In this document: piece by piece, positions 1 to 8,514 of the stretch | Numbering within the stretch: position 1 is the stretch's first letter | Layout of the letters: each line of letters starts with the position of its first letter | Assembly: GCA_963745075.1 (NCBI GenBank) | Contig: CAVUWV010000013.1 | Span: forward strand, 161,585-225,584 | Direction: 5' to 3' | Length of the DNA: 64,000 nucleotides | From: Candidatus Hydrogenedentota bacterium | GTDB lineage: Bacteria; Hydrogenedentota; Hydrogenedentia; Hydrogenedentales; SLHB01 | Made by a program: the position numbers and the translations under genes | The notes under the pieces: model-generated | The model's database searches: none | The model's input: the letters and a program-made list of their open reading frames with translations, nothing else | Told to the model about the DNA's origin: nothing

Positions 1-118
1 CGTCGTCCGCCGTCATCAGGCAGTTGCCCCGGGTCGCGAGACCCAACCGGCACACGCGGCCCAGGTTGGGAAATTCCGCCCGGCGTTCCGGCGGGTTCTT
101 TTCGGTTGGCGTGGACAC
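1..118 (-). CDS. Aldo/keto reductase-like protein, 5' end only (runs off the window)
   Basis: Not in the ORF track. GAGGA RBS then GTG at 118 reads MSTPTEKNPPERRAEFPNLGRVCRLGLATRGNCLMTADD; VCRLGL resembles the first strand of aldo/keto reductases. Confidence 0.5.
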   Translation of the reverse strand, partial: MSTPTEKNPPERRAEFPNLGRVCRLGLATRGNCLMTADD

Positions 119-154
119 GAGAACATGTCCTCACATCATGAAACAGCTTGTGTC

Positions 155-181
155 GTCATTCTGAGCGAAGCGAAGAATCTC
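155..181. repeat. REP-like short palindromic element
   Basis: GTCATTCTGAGCGAAGCGAAGAATCTC, intergenic; recognised as a common interspersed repeat that translates as VILSEAKNL. Confidence 0.6.
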
Positions 182-219
182 ATATTGACGGCGCACAGTG
201 GTTTTGCAATGGCCCTTGG

Positions 220-1266
220 TCATGTTTGTGAGTCCGAATTGCGCGAACTGGTCTTGCCGAGCGCCTCTGCCGCATCTTTCAAGTTGGCTACGGCGTCCGC
301 ATTATCCGAATTCAGTTGGACCGCACGCCTAAAACATTCATAGCCCCGGTCACGGTCACCAATACTCCACAGCAAGACGCCGAAATCGTTGTACGCGAGA
401 TCGGAAATGGGGCACGTCGCGATGGCTTCCGTATACATTCGGATGGCACGCGCGATGTCACCGGCATTTGCGGCTTCGCGCGCTTCAGCCGCCAGACGCG
501 CGGCGATCTGCTCCGCATGAGAGGCGCTGGATTCGGTTAGTCCCCACTTATCGCGAAAGACCGCTGCGTTGCGATCGATTAGGTTATTGTACGTATCGCC
601 CTGAATGCCCATCGCGCGAAAGGTGCGGCTCCCATAGTGAAATACGAAGCAGCCTTCTGCCAGGCTGGTCCGGTAACCGGCCTTGCGCACGCGAATGCAG
701 TAATCGTCGTCCTCAAAATTTCCGATTCCAAAGGTCTCGTCCAGCAAACCCACCTCGCGAAAGGTCTCATCCCGGATCAGCAGGCAGAACCCCACGAGCC
801 GGTCGATTTCGGCGAGCGACGTGCCGTGCGTGTCCCAGCGCCCATCCGCGTATGTGTTGATTGCGTCGATTGAATCGAGTTCGAGCCCATCAATCAACTG
901 CGGTCCTGAGACATGATTGGTCATCGGACCCACCATTCCAATGCGCGCGTTCGATTCGAGCGCCGACATCAACCGGGTAAGCCAACCTCGTGGCACGACG
1001 GTGTCGCTGTTGAGCAGTAGCACGTGACCTTCGGCGTGTGCGAGACCCCGATTAACGCCGCCGGGAAATCCCAGGTTCGCGCCGGTGTGCACTACAGTCG
1101 CGTCCGGGACAGCTTCGAAGTACTCGCCGACGCCGTCGGTTGAACCGTTGTCGATCAGAATGAGCGCGTACGGCCATTCCGTGTGGGCCCGGATCGACTC
1201 GACGCATTCGCGGCAATACTCGACCTGGTTGAAGGCGGGGATGACGATGGATACGCGCGTCCGCAC
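220..1266 (-). CDS. Family 2 glycosyltransferase with C-terminal TPR
   Basis: VSIVIPAFN, IDNGSTDG, LLNSD, GNFEDDDYC motifs; C-terminal helical repeat (AYNDFGVLLWSIGDRDRGYECFRRAVQL). Confidence 0.9.
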   Translation of the reverse strand: MRTRVSIVIPAFNQVEYCRECVESIRAHTEWPYALILIDNGSTDGVGEYFEAVPDATVVHTGANLGFPGGVNRGLAHAEGHVLLLNSDTVVPRGWLTRLMSALESNARIGMVGPMTNHVSGPQLIDGLELDSIDAINTYADGRWDTHGTSLAEIDRLVGFCLLIRDETFREVGLLDETFGIGNFEDDDYCIRVRKAGYRTSLAEGCFVFHYGSRTFRAMGIQGDTYNNLIDRNAAVFRDKWGLTESSASHAEQIAARLAAEAREAANAGDIARAIRMYTEAIATCPISDLAYNDFGVLLWSIGDRDRGYECFRRAVQLNSDNADAVANLKDAAEALGKTSSRNSDSQT

Positions 1267-1269
1267 CCG

Positions 1270-2214
1270 TCACTCGATTCGGTCGCCCACGGTGGGACGC
1301 CGCCAGACGCGAGGCCACACCCAGGGCAAGGGGCGCATGGTGTAGCCGACGACCAGCACGAAAACGCCGTCACTCGTCGCGATCTTGAGGCGCGGGCGCG
1401 ACTCGACAACCGTCCCCGGCACGTTGGGTCGGTCGCTCGGCTCGACTTTCGCGCGCGTCACGATGATGGTACGGCCGCGGTACCGCATGCGGGCAAGCGA
1501 ATAGGGAAAACACCCGCGCACCTTGCGCTCCAAATCGGCCGCCGGCAGATTCCAGTCCAGGTACAGTTCATCGTCGGACAGCTTCTTGTCATACGACGCG
1601 AACGATTCGTCCTGCGGTTCGCCGTGCAGTCCATCTTCCTCGATTTGGTCCAGGAGATCGATCAACACCTCGGTGGAGAGGTCGGAACAGCGGCGCACCA
1701 GCGAGCCGGCCGTGTCGCCGTTGTGGATGCTGATGCGGTGTTGCGCGACGATATCGCCCGTGTCGATGCCTTCATTGATGATGTGAAACGTCACGCCGGT
1801 TTCCGCCTCGTTGTCGATGATGCACGCGCGAAAGGGATTTGGGCCTCGATGGGCCGGCAACAGCGACGAATGACAGTTAAGACAGCCAATGCGGGGAATC
1901 CGTATGATCGACGGCTTGAGAATGATTGAAAACCCGCCGACCAAAATGAGGTCGGGTTTCAGAGCCGCGAGCGGGGCCAGTTCATTCTCCGTCATCTTGT
2001 CGATGAAAATGATGGGGAGACTGTGCGCCTTGGCGATGCCTGTCACCGACCGTGTGCGTGACAAGAGGCCGGACAGTGCGGGAAAGAACCAGCGTTTGAG
2101 TCCCCGGACCTGGCGTCCGTCCTGGATAACGGCACAAAGCGCATGATGGGACTCGACGATGGCACGCGCGAAACCCGTCGCCATGTAGCCGCTGCCGGCG
2201 AGCGCAATCCGCAT
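1270..2214 (-). CDS. Fmt-like formyltransferase (probably not the housekeeping Fmt)
   Basis: LNCHSSLLPAHRGPNP and TFHIINEGIDTGDI motifs plus Fmt C-terminal domain; lacks the FMGTPxF N-terminus. Confidence 0.85.
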   Translation of the reverse strand: MRIALAGSGYMATGFARAIVESHHALCAVIQDGRQVRGLKRWFFPALSGLLSRTRSVTGIAKAHSLPIIFIDKMTENELAPLAALKPDLILVGGFSIILKPSIIRIPRIGCLNCHSSLLPAHRGPNPFRACIIDNEAETGVTFHIINEGIDTGDIVAQHRISIHNGDTAGSLVRRCSDLSTEVLIDLLDQIEEDGLHGEPQDESFASYDKKLSDDELYLDWNLPAADLERKVRGCFPYSLARMRYRGRTIIVTRAKVEPSDRPNVPGTVVESRPRLKIATSDGVFVLVVGYTMRPLPWVWPRVWRRPTVGDRIE

Positions 2215-2217
2215 CGG

Positions 2218-3935
2218 TCAGTGCTCCATGACATTCCGGTACCACGCGAAGAACATCAGCAGCGCCCAGAACTGCCGCCGGCGGTACACGTTGTGGCTGG
2301 CTGACCGCACGATCGTTTCCACGATGTGCCATTGGAACAAGCCGGTGGCGTCCACGCGTTCGGGTGTAATCGTGTGATGCGCAACACTCTCAATCACGCG
2401 GAGCACCCGGCCACTCTGTGGGATCTTGAAGCCACGCCGGGCCCGTTGCCGCACCGAGCCGGGAATGCGGTGCTTCAGCGCCAGCCGTAGCAGCGGCTTG
2501 CTTCGGACCCCGAACTTCACGTCGGCCGGCACGCGCAATACAAAATCGACAAGGTCATCGTCCAGGAAGGGATGATGCAACGTGATGCCGTGGGCCGCAG
2601 CCACACGGTCGCACTTCGTCAACAACAGGTTCGGCAGGCCCACCTGCAAATCCAGGGAGAGGACGTTCCGTGTGAGATCCGGCAGCGTGAACGTATCGCG
2701 AAGGGGGGAGCGATTTCGCCCAGTTCGAACAAGGCAGATTTCATCGCGTGCGTATACAGGTCCTCGCGTTCGCCCCGATCGAACACCGACACCAGCGACA
2801 AATACGATTCCTGGGTATCGCGAATCGCGGCGAGGCTCTGGCTGGCGCGCCGGACAATGGCATTGGGTGGCAGCGCGGGCAACAGATCGCTCACCAATCC
2901 GGCGGGCACGAACCGCTGCGCGCCCCGGGCCTTTTCCAGGTAATGGTACCGGGCGTATCCCCCCAACAGTTCGTCAGCCCCGTGCCCCGTCAGGAAGGTC
3001 TTGCCGGCGTCCGCTGCGGCTTCCGCGATCATCCACAGCGGGAAAACCGATGCCCCGGCAACCGGTTCGTCCAGTTGCCGTACGGCTCGCTGGAACCCGT
3101 CCTCCGTAAGACGCCGCGCCGGGCAAACCGCGATCGGCAACTGCATGCGGCGGGCTGATTCCTTCGCGAGACGCGCTTCATCCTGCCACGAGCGTTCCAG
3201 GCTGACAAAGACCGGGTTGGGAGTGGGGGAAACGGCGGCGAGCGCCGCGCAATCGATGCCCGCAGACCAGAGCAAACCATCGGCCGGCGTACGCCGCACG
3301 GCCTGTTCCAGCAGTACTCCGATCCGTTCCGCGGCAGCTTCTTTGTGAATGCCCGTGGGATGGGTGTCAAACTTCCAGACGTGGAAATCGAGCAGTTCGC
3401 GTCCGTTATACTCAAGCACGTGCCCCGGGAGGACTCGGCGCGCGCCCTGGACCATCGTCTCCGAACCCGGAACGCAACGTAACGTCAAATAGCGGTCGAC
3501 CGACAGGAGATCCAGCCGCCGGGGCACCAATCCCGACGCCAACAGCGCCTTGAGTTCGGACGCGAAGAGGAGGAAATCGTCCCCCTTGAAATAGAAAAGT
3601 GGGCGCTGGCCCAGACGGTCCCGCATCAGCCACCACCGGCCGTCTTCTTTTCGAGACACCACGGCCGAAAAGGCGCCGCGCAGATGAAGCGTTTGCGGGG
3701 TATCGCGATGGCTGCAATCCAATCCCAACGCCGCAGCGGATATGTCTTGGTCAGACGAGTCCCGCGGGCATCCATCGAGCAGGCCTGCGGGGGATTCGAT
3801 GGGATGCGACGCCGCGAGCAGAAACGCGTCGCCGGAGGCCCGATGGGACACCGTCGCCCTATCCGAAAGTGCAGCCGCCATCGCATCGACGGCCGATTTG
3901 TCCTGCTTGCCAAGAATCCCGCAGATTGCGGCCAC
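2218..3935 (-). CDS. Asparagine synthetase B-like protein; one frameshift near 2700
   Basis: RDRLGQRPLFY, FASELKAL, TGHGADELLGGY, then LLTKCDR..HPFLD in the next frame; break at the G-run near 2703-2708. Confidence 0.85.
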
Positions 3936-3938
3936 GGC

Positions 3939-4388
3939 TCAAAACGTCCTTTTGGAATCGATAAGCAACGTTACGGGACCATCGTTGATAAGTTGTACGT
4001 CCATGTGCGCGCCGAATTCACCGGTCTCGACCGTTAGTCCTCGATCGCGCAACGCAGATACAAACAATTCGTATAACGGCACCGCTGTTTCAGGTCTCGC
4101 AGCGCCCGTAAACGAAGGGCGTCGCCCTTTGCGGCAGTCACCGAACAGCGTGAATTGTGAAATCGCCAGAATGCTGCCGCCAATGTCTGCCACTGACCAG
4201 TTGAACTTGCGATCCTCGTCAGCGAAACATCGCAATCCTACCACCTTGTCGGCGACGAGTCTGGCGTCGTCTTCCGTATCGTCCGCGCCGACGCCAAGCA
4301 ACACGAGCAACCCCTTTTTGATTTGCCCGGCGACCCTGCCGTCAATGGATACCGACGCTTCATGAACCCGCTGCACGACGGCCCTCAT
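3939..4388 (-). CDS. dtd: D-aminoacyl-tRNA deacylase
   Basis: [25 protein letters not shown] signature motifs; ATG at 4388. Confidence 0.95.
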   Translation of the reverse strand: MRAVVQRVHEASVSIDGRVAGQIKKGLLVLLGVGADDTEDDARLVADKVVGLRCFADEDRKFNWSVADIGGSILAISQFTLFGDCRKGRRPSFTGAARPETAVPLYELFVSALRDRGLTVETGEFGAHMDVQLINDGPVTLLIDSKRTF

Positions 4389-4500
4389 CCGGTGTAATGA
4401 ACTCCCACGTATCGTCAGTGAATGACGCAATAATGATGACAGGTTGAGTCTATCAAGGGGCTTCCACCAGTTCAAAGGAGGCCGGGATTCAAAGAGCGAT

Positions 4501-4539
4501 AAAGAAACCCACCGCGACTAATGCCGACGGTGGGTCTCG
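4501..4539 (-). terminator. Intrinsic terminator downstream of the 24-aa small ORF
   Basis: Minus strand GAGACCCACCG-loop-CGGTGGGTTTC followed by TTT. Confidence 0.55.
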
Positions 4540-4575
4540 ACCAGCCCGAATAACAGGATGCGGTGCGGTTCAACC

Positions 4576-4650
4576 TTAGTGCTGAACCGCAGGAAGCAAC
4601 AATCCAATCAAGATCTGAATCAATCGAAACAGTAGATCGAAGATGCCCAT
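4576..4650 (-). CDS. 24-aa hydrophobic small protein MGIFDLLFRLIQILIGLLLPAVQH
   Basis: Below the ORF-track cutoff. AGGAGAGGGAGG ends 7 nt before the ATG; TAA at 4576-4578; terminator downstream. Confidence 0.65.
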   Translation of the reverse strand: MGIFDLLFRLIQILIGLLLPAVQH

Positions 4651-5108
4651 GATAAAACCTCCCTCTCCTGGGTACCGCCGGTTCGACACCATCGTTTCGT
4701 GCGGTACCCTGCGTTGTTCCCACTGCCATTGCGACTATATCACCTGGAGACTATACAATCGCACACTGAAAATGTTAACGCAAATCCCCCCGTCGCAGCA
4801 TAGCCGCTACCAAAAAGAACGCGCCTGCAGATGGTGCGAGGCACGAAAGGAACCCTGGGGCAACAATCCCTCCCGACTCGCACACAATGAGGAGATGGCC
4901 GTCCAACGCAATGAAACGGCGTTTCGGACGGCCCTCTCGATATCGCGAATCGTTCGGGATCGGGACTGAATGGCTGGCAGAAGCAAACCGTTCGAGACGC
5001 GAAGGATCCGCAGAATGATTTACTGAATCGCCATGGGGCAACTTCTCTGTTCCTACACTTCCCGTACAGTGCTCATCCCAGCCGAGACTACGTCCGGCTC
5101 TGGTACTG

Positions 5109-5267
5109 TTACGGAATCGGAATGTCCTCGATTTTTGCCGCCTTTGGGCTGTCGGCGCTCACGCACTTGACCTTCCCGGTTGGCGTGTATCTGCCGCAGA
5201 CGGTATCCGACTGCGCGTAACGGGGAATCATGGTGGGACGCTTGGAAATTCGCTTTGTGTGTTTCAT
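5109..5267 (-). CDS. 52-aa small protein with basic N-terminus and two cysteines
   Basis: AGGAGG-N7-ATG; MKHTKRISKRPTMIPRYAQSDTVCGRYTPTGKVKCVSADSPKAAKIEDIPIP. Confidence 0.7.
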   Translation of the reverse strand: MKHTKRISKRPTMIPRYAQSDTVCGRYTPTGKVKCVSADSPKAAKIEDIPIP

Positions 5268-5440
5268 TGCCTTGCCTCCTGTTCTTGAGTATTGACCAAT
5301 TACCTTCACATCACTCTATACTACACCGTTGGAACCGAAACGTTAGAATGTATATTCGCACCGGTGGTAAGTCTTTTGGAACAGCGAAGTTCAGCGAAGT
5401 ATACTGGACTCGTAGCGGTCGGAAACGGGGAGTTTTGACC

Positions 5441-6541
5441 ATGATCGTTGGTGTGCCGAAAGAGGTCAAGCCCGGCGAGAAGCGGGTCGCCATGCTGCCC
5501 TCCGGGGTTGCCGCATTTGCGGCACACGGCCACGAAGTGTTGGTGGAACGCGCCGCGGGCGAGGCCAGCGGCCTGACCGACGCCCAGTACCGGCAGGCGG
5601 GGGCGCGCGTCGTCCAGAAAGTGGAGAGCGTCTGGCGTCGCGCGGAGATGATCGTCAAGGTCAAGGAACCCTTCGGCGAGGAACTCGACCGGATGCGGGA
5701 AGGACAGATCGTCTACACCTATTTCCATCTCGCATCGGGGGAGCAGCTCACCCGGCGTCTGATGAAATACGGCGTTACGGCGGTCGCCTACGAAACTATC
5801 CAGCGCGACGACGGCACGCTGCCCCTCCTGGTGCCCATGAGTGAAGTGGCGGGGCGTCTTGCCGTGCAAAAGGGGGCCTTCTGCCTGGAAGCGGGAAACC
5901 AGGGCAGGGGGATTCTGTTGAGCGGTGTGTCCGGCGTAAAACCCGCCCATGTCGTTATCCTCGGCGCGGGCGTGGCCGGTCAGAACGCGTGTCATATCGC
6001 GGTCGGGATGGGCGCCCACGTTACCATTCTGGACATCGACCCGTCGCGCTTGCGCTACGTGCACGATATCATGGGCGGTCACGTGACCACGCTCATGTCC
6101 AACCGCGCGACCGTCGGCGAAGAAGTGGAAAGCGCCGACCTCGTTATCGGCACCGTATTGATTCCGGGCGCCCGGGCGCCGGTGTTGGTCACGCGAGAGA
6201 TGGTCAAGCGTATGCGGCCGGGGTCCGCTATTGTGGACGTGGCAATCGACCAGGGGGGATGCTGCGCCACGTCCCGGCCGACGACCCACGCCGATCCCAT
6301 TTTCCGTGAATACGGGGTGGTCCACTACTGCGTGACCAATATGCCCGGGGCCGTACCGCGCACCTCCACCTACGCGCTCACGAACGTGACCCTCGGCTAC
6401 GGCCTCGCCCTCGCCGACAAGGGGATTGAACAGGCTATCGCGGAAGATCCGGCTCTTCGACGCGGACTGAACGTCTATCACGGCAAGGTCACCCATCAGG
6501 GTGTCGCCGATGCCTTCGGGCTCACGTGCGCCGAGATCTGA
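5441..6541 (+). CDS. ald: Alanine dehydrogenase
   Basis: MIVGVPKEVK, KVKEP, PMSEVAGR, DVAIDQGG, HYCVTNMPGAVPRTST. Confidence 0.95.
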   Translation: MIVGVPKEVKPGEKRVAMLPSGVAAFAAHGHEVLVERAAGEASGLTDAQYRQAGARVVQKVESVWRRAEMIVKVKEPFGEELDRMREGQIVYTYFHLASGEQLTRRLMKYGVTAVAYETIQRDDGTLPLLVPMSEVAGRLAVQKGAFCLEAGNQGRGILLSGVSGVKPAHVVILGAGVAGQNACHIAVGMGAHVTILDIDPSRLRYVHDIMGGHVTTLMSNRATVGEEVESADLVIGTVLIPGARAPVLVTREMVKRMRPGSAIVDVAIDQGGCCATSRPTTHADPIFREYGVVHYCVTNMPGAVPRTSTYALTNVTLGYGLALADKGIEQAIAEDPALRRGLNVYHGKVTHQGVADAFGLTCAEI

Positions 6542-6542
6542 C

Positions 6543-7697
6543 ATGAACATGGCCCAAATGCGCCGGGATATCGAGTACCTGGCGGGAAATCTCACGCACC
6601 GGGGTGCGAGCACCCAAAGCGAACGGGCCGCGGCGGATTATCTTCACGAACGTTTTGTCACCTATACGCCGGACACCGAAACCGACGAATTCTTTGCCAT
6701 CGAGAGTCCGTGGCTTCTGTTCGCGTCGTACTATGGGGAGTTTCTCGTTATCGCGCTGCTCGCTTTTTTGTGGCCCTGGATCGCGTTCTTTTACGGCCTG
6801 CTGGTGTTTGTGCTCTACATGGCGGAATTCTCCGCCTACCGGGTGCTGACCCATTTGCTTCCCCAGTACGAGACGCAAAACGTCGTCGCGCGCATCCTTG
6901 GCAACGACCCACAGCGGCTGTTTATCGTCACCGCCCACTACGATTCGCCCAAGCACAGCGCGATTACGTCGGCCAAGGCTCAGCCCTGGTTGCGGCTGTT
7001 TCACATCATCCTCGTGATTTGTATGCTCGGGATCTTAGTGAGTTGTGCCGCCGAAGCCTTGGGCCTCTTTGCGGATTCGACCGTTCGTTTGGATCTGATG
7101 CTCCGCTGGAGCGGCGTCACCGCCTTGCTCTGCGGAGCGGCCGCGCTCCTGTCATGCGAGATGTCCGGGGAATTCGTTCGTGGTGCGGCGGACAACGCCT
7201 CCGGCGTTGCGGTCCTGCTCGGGCTCGCCGAACGGTTCACGGAAGAACCCCTGCCCAATGCCAACGTCTGGCTTGTAGCAACCGGGAGCAAAGAGACTTG
7301 GTTGAGCGGCATGCGCCGGTTCATTGCGAGTCACGACTTCGACAAGAAAACGACCTACGTGTTGAACGTCGATCACGTCGGCGCGGGCGATCTCCGGTAC
7401 GTCACCGCCGAAGGCATGCTGCACCTATTTCAAAGCCCCCAGGAGATGGTCGACGCGGCCACCGCCGAGGCCCGCGCCGTCCACGCCGAACCCATGATCT
7501 GGCGCGGCCTCCCGTCGGACGCGTTCCTGCCCCTCGCACGCGGCATGAAAGCGCTCACCATCACCGCGATAGGTGGCCGTGAACTGGAGGAAGAGGAAAG
7601 TGACGATCGCCCCGGCGACATTGACTACGGGACCGTTACGAAAGCCGGCGAGTTTGCCGAGGGGATCCTGCGCCGATTGGCCGAACCGCAAAAGTAA
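6543..7697 (+). CDS. M28-family peptidase-like membrane protein
   Basis: TAHYDS, GAADNASG, LNVDHVG and SD motifs, with hydrophobic hairpins inserted in the domain. Confidence 0.75.
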   Translation: MNMAQMRRDIEYLAGNLTHRGASTQSERAAADYLHERFVTYTPDTETDEFFAIESPWLLFASYYGEFLVIALLAFLWPWIAFFYGLLVFVLYMAEFSAYRVLTHLLPQYETQNVVARILGNDPQRLFIVTAHYDSPKHSAITSAKAQPWLRLFHIILVICMLGILVSCAAEALGLFADSTVRLDLMLRWSGVTALLCGAAALLSCEMSGEFVRGAADNASGVAVLLGLAERFTEEPLPNANVWLVATGSKETWLSGMRRFIASHDFDKKTTYVLNVDHVGAGDLRYVTAEGMLHLFQSPQEMVDAATAEARAVHAEPMIWRGLPSDAFLPLARGMKALTITAIGGRELEEEESDDRPGDIDYGTVTKAGEFAEGILRRLAEPQK

Positions 7698-7727
7698 AAG
7701 CCGGACCGATAGACTTCGGCCCGGCTT
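7690..7727 (-). terminator. Intrinsic terminator of sod
   Basis: Minus strand AAGCCGGGCCGA-loop-TCGGTCCGGCTT then TTACTTTT, between convergent genes. Confidence 0.6.
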
Positions 7728-7755
7728 CCGAGAGTGTGTTTTTAAGTGGTGTGCT

Positions 7756-8364
7756 TTACTTCGTCGCGGCCGTGTAGAGTTCGCCCACCTTTTTCCAGTT
7801 GATGACGTTGAAGAACGCCGCGATGTAGTCGGGGCGCCGGTTCTGGTAGTTCAGGTAATACGCATGTTCCCATACGTCGATGCCAAGAATCGGCGTGATC
7901 CCTTGCATCAGCGGCGAATCCTGGTTGGCCGTGCTTAGCACTTTCAGCTTCCCGCCGTCCACGCAGAGCCAGCCCCAGCCGCTGCCAAACTGTCCGGCAG
8001 CCGCTCCGGAAAACGCTTCCTTGAACTTGTCAAACCCGCCCAAGTCCGACTTGATGGCGTCCGCCACCGGGCCGGAGGGTTCACCGCCCGCGTTCGGTCC
8101 GATCACCTGCCAGAACAACGTATGGTTGGCATGTCCGCCGCCGTGGTTGATAACCGCCTGGCGCTTACCGTCCGGCACGCTCTTGATGTTTGAAAGCACG
8201 GCCTCGATGGGTTTCCCCTCGAATTCAGTCCCTTCCAGCGCGGCGTTGACCTTGTTGATGTACGCCTGATGATGTTTACCGTGGTGGATCTCCATGGTTC
8301 GCGCATCAATGTGCGGTTCCAAGGCGCCCAGGTCGTAAGGGAGGGGGGGGAGCGTGTAAGCCAT
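7756..8364 (-). CDS. sodA: Superoxide dismutase, Mn/Fe family (Mn-like)
   Basis: [54 protein letters not shown]. Confidence 0.93.
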   Translation of the reverse strand: MAYTLPPLPYDLGALEPHIDARTMEIHHGKHHQAYINKVNAALEGTEFEGKPIEAVLSNIKSVPDGKRQAVINHGGGHANHTLFWQVIGPNAGGEPSGPVADAIKSDLGGFDKFKEAFSGAAAGQFGSGWGWLCVDGGKLKVLSTANQDSPLMQGITPILGIDVWEHAYYLNYQNRRPDYIAAFFNVINWKKVGELYTAATK

Positions 8365-8514
8365 GATAGTGGCCTCCTTCCTGTGTTGCTTGATTGGATG
8401 CAGTTCATACTTGACGGCTTGCCGCCCTTGAGGGATTACTTTAGCTATAACAACAGAGGAAGGCCATTTGATTCCAGCCCATGCCCGTGCGGGGTTTGCG
8501 GACGAATCGATCTC

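Noticed and set aside
1270..3941. Selenocysteine or genetic code reassignment at the TGA junctions
   Set aside because: The TGAs fall at natural protein ends, not Cys positions, and TGA acts as a normal stop throughout the window.
4643..5041. ORFs 4643-4969 (+) and 4775-5041 (-)
   Set aside because: No convincing RBS or motifs; both run through a palindromic element (GGCCGTCC...GGACGGCC) that looks like an interspersed repeat.
2218..5267. Lasso peptide cluster (52-aa peptide plus AsnB-like cyclase)
   Set aside because: No B1 (RRE) or B2 peptidase; no YxxPxL leader; the T-V|C register has no Asp/Glu at positions 7-9; dtd and a terminator intervene.
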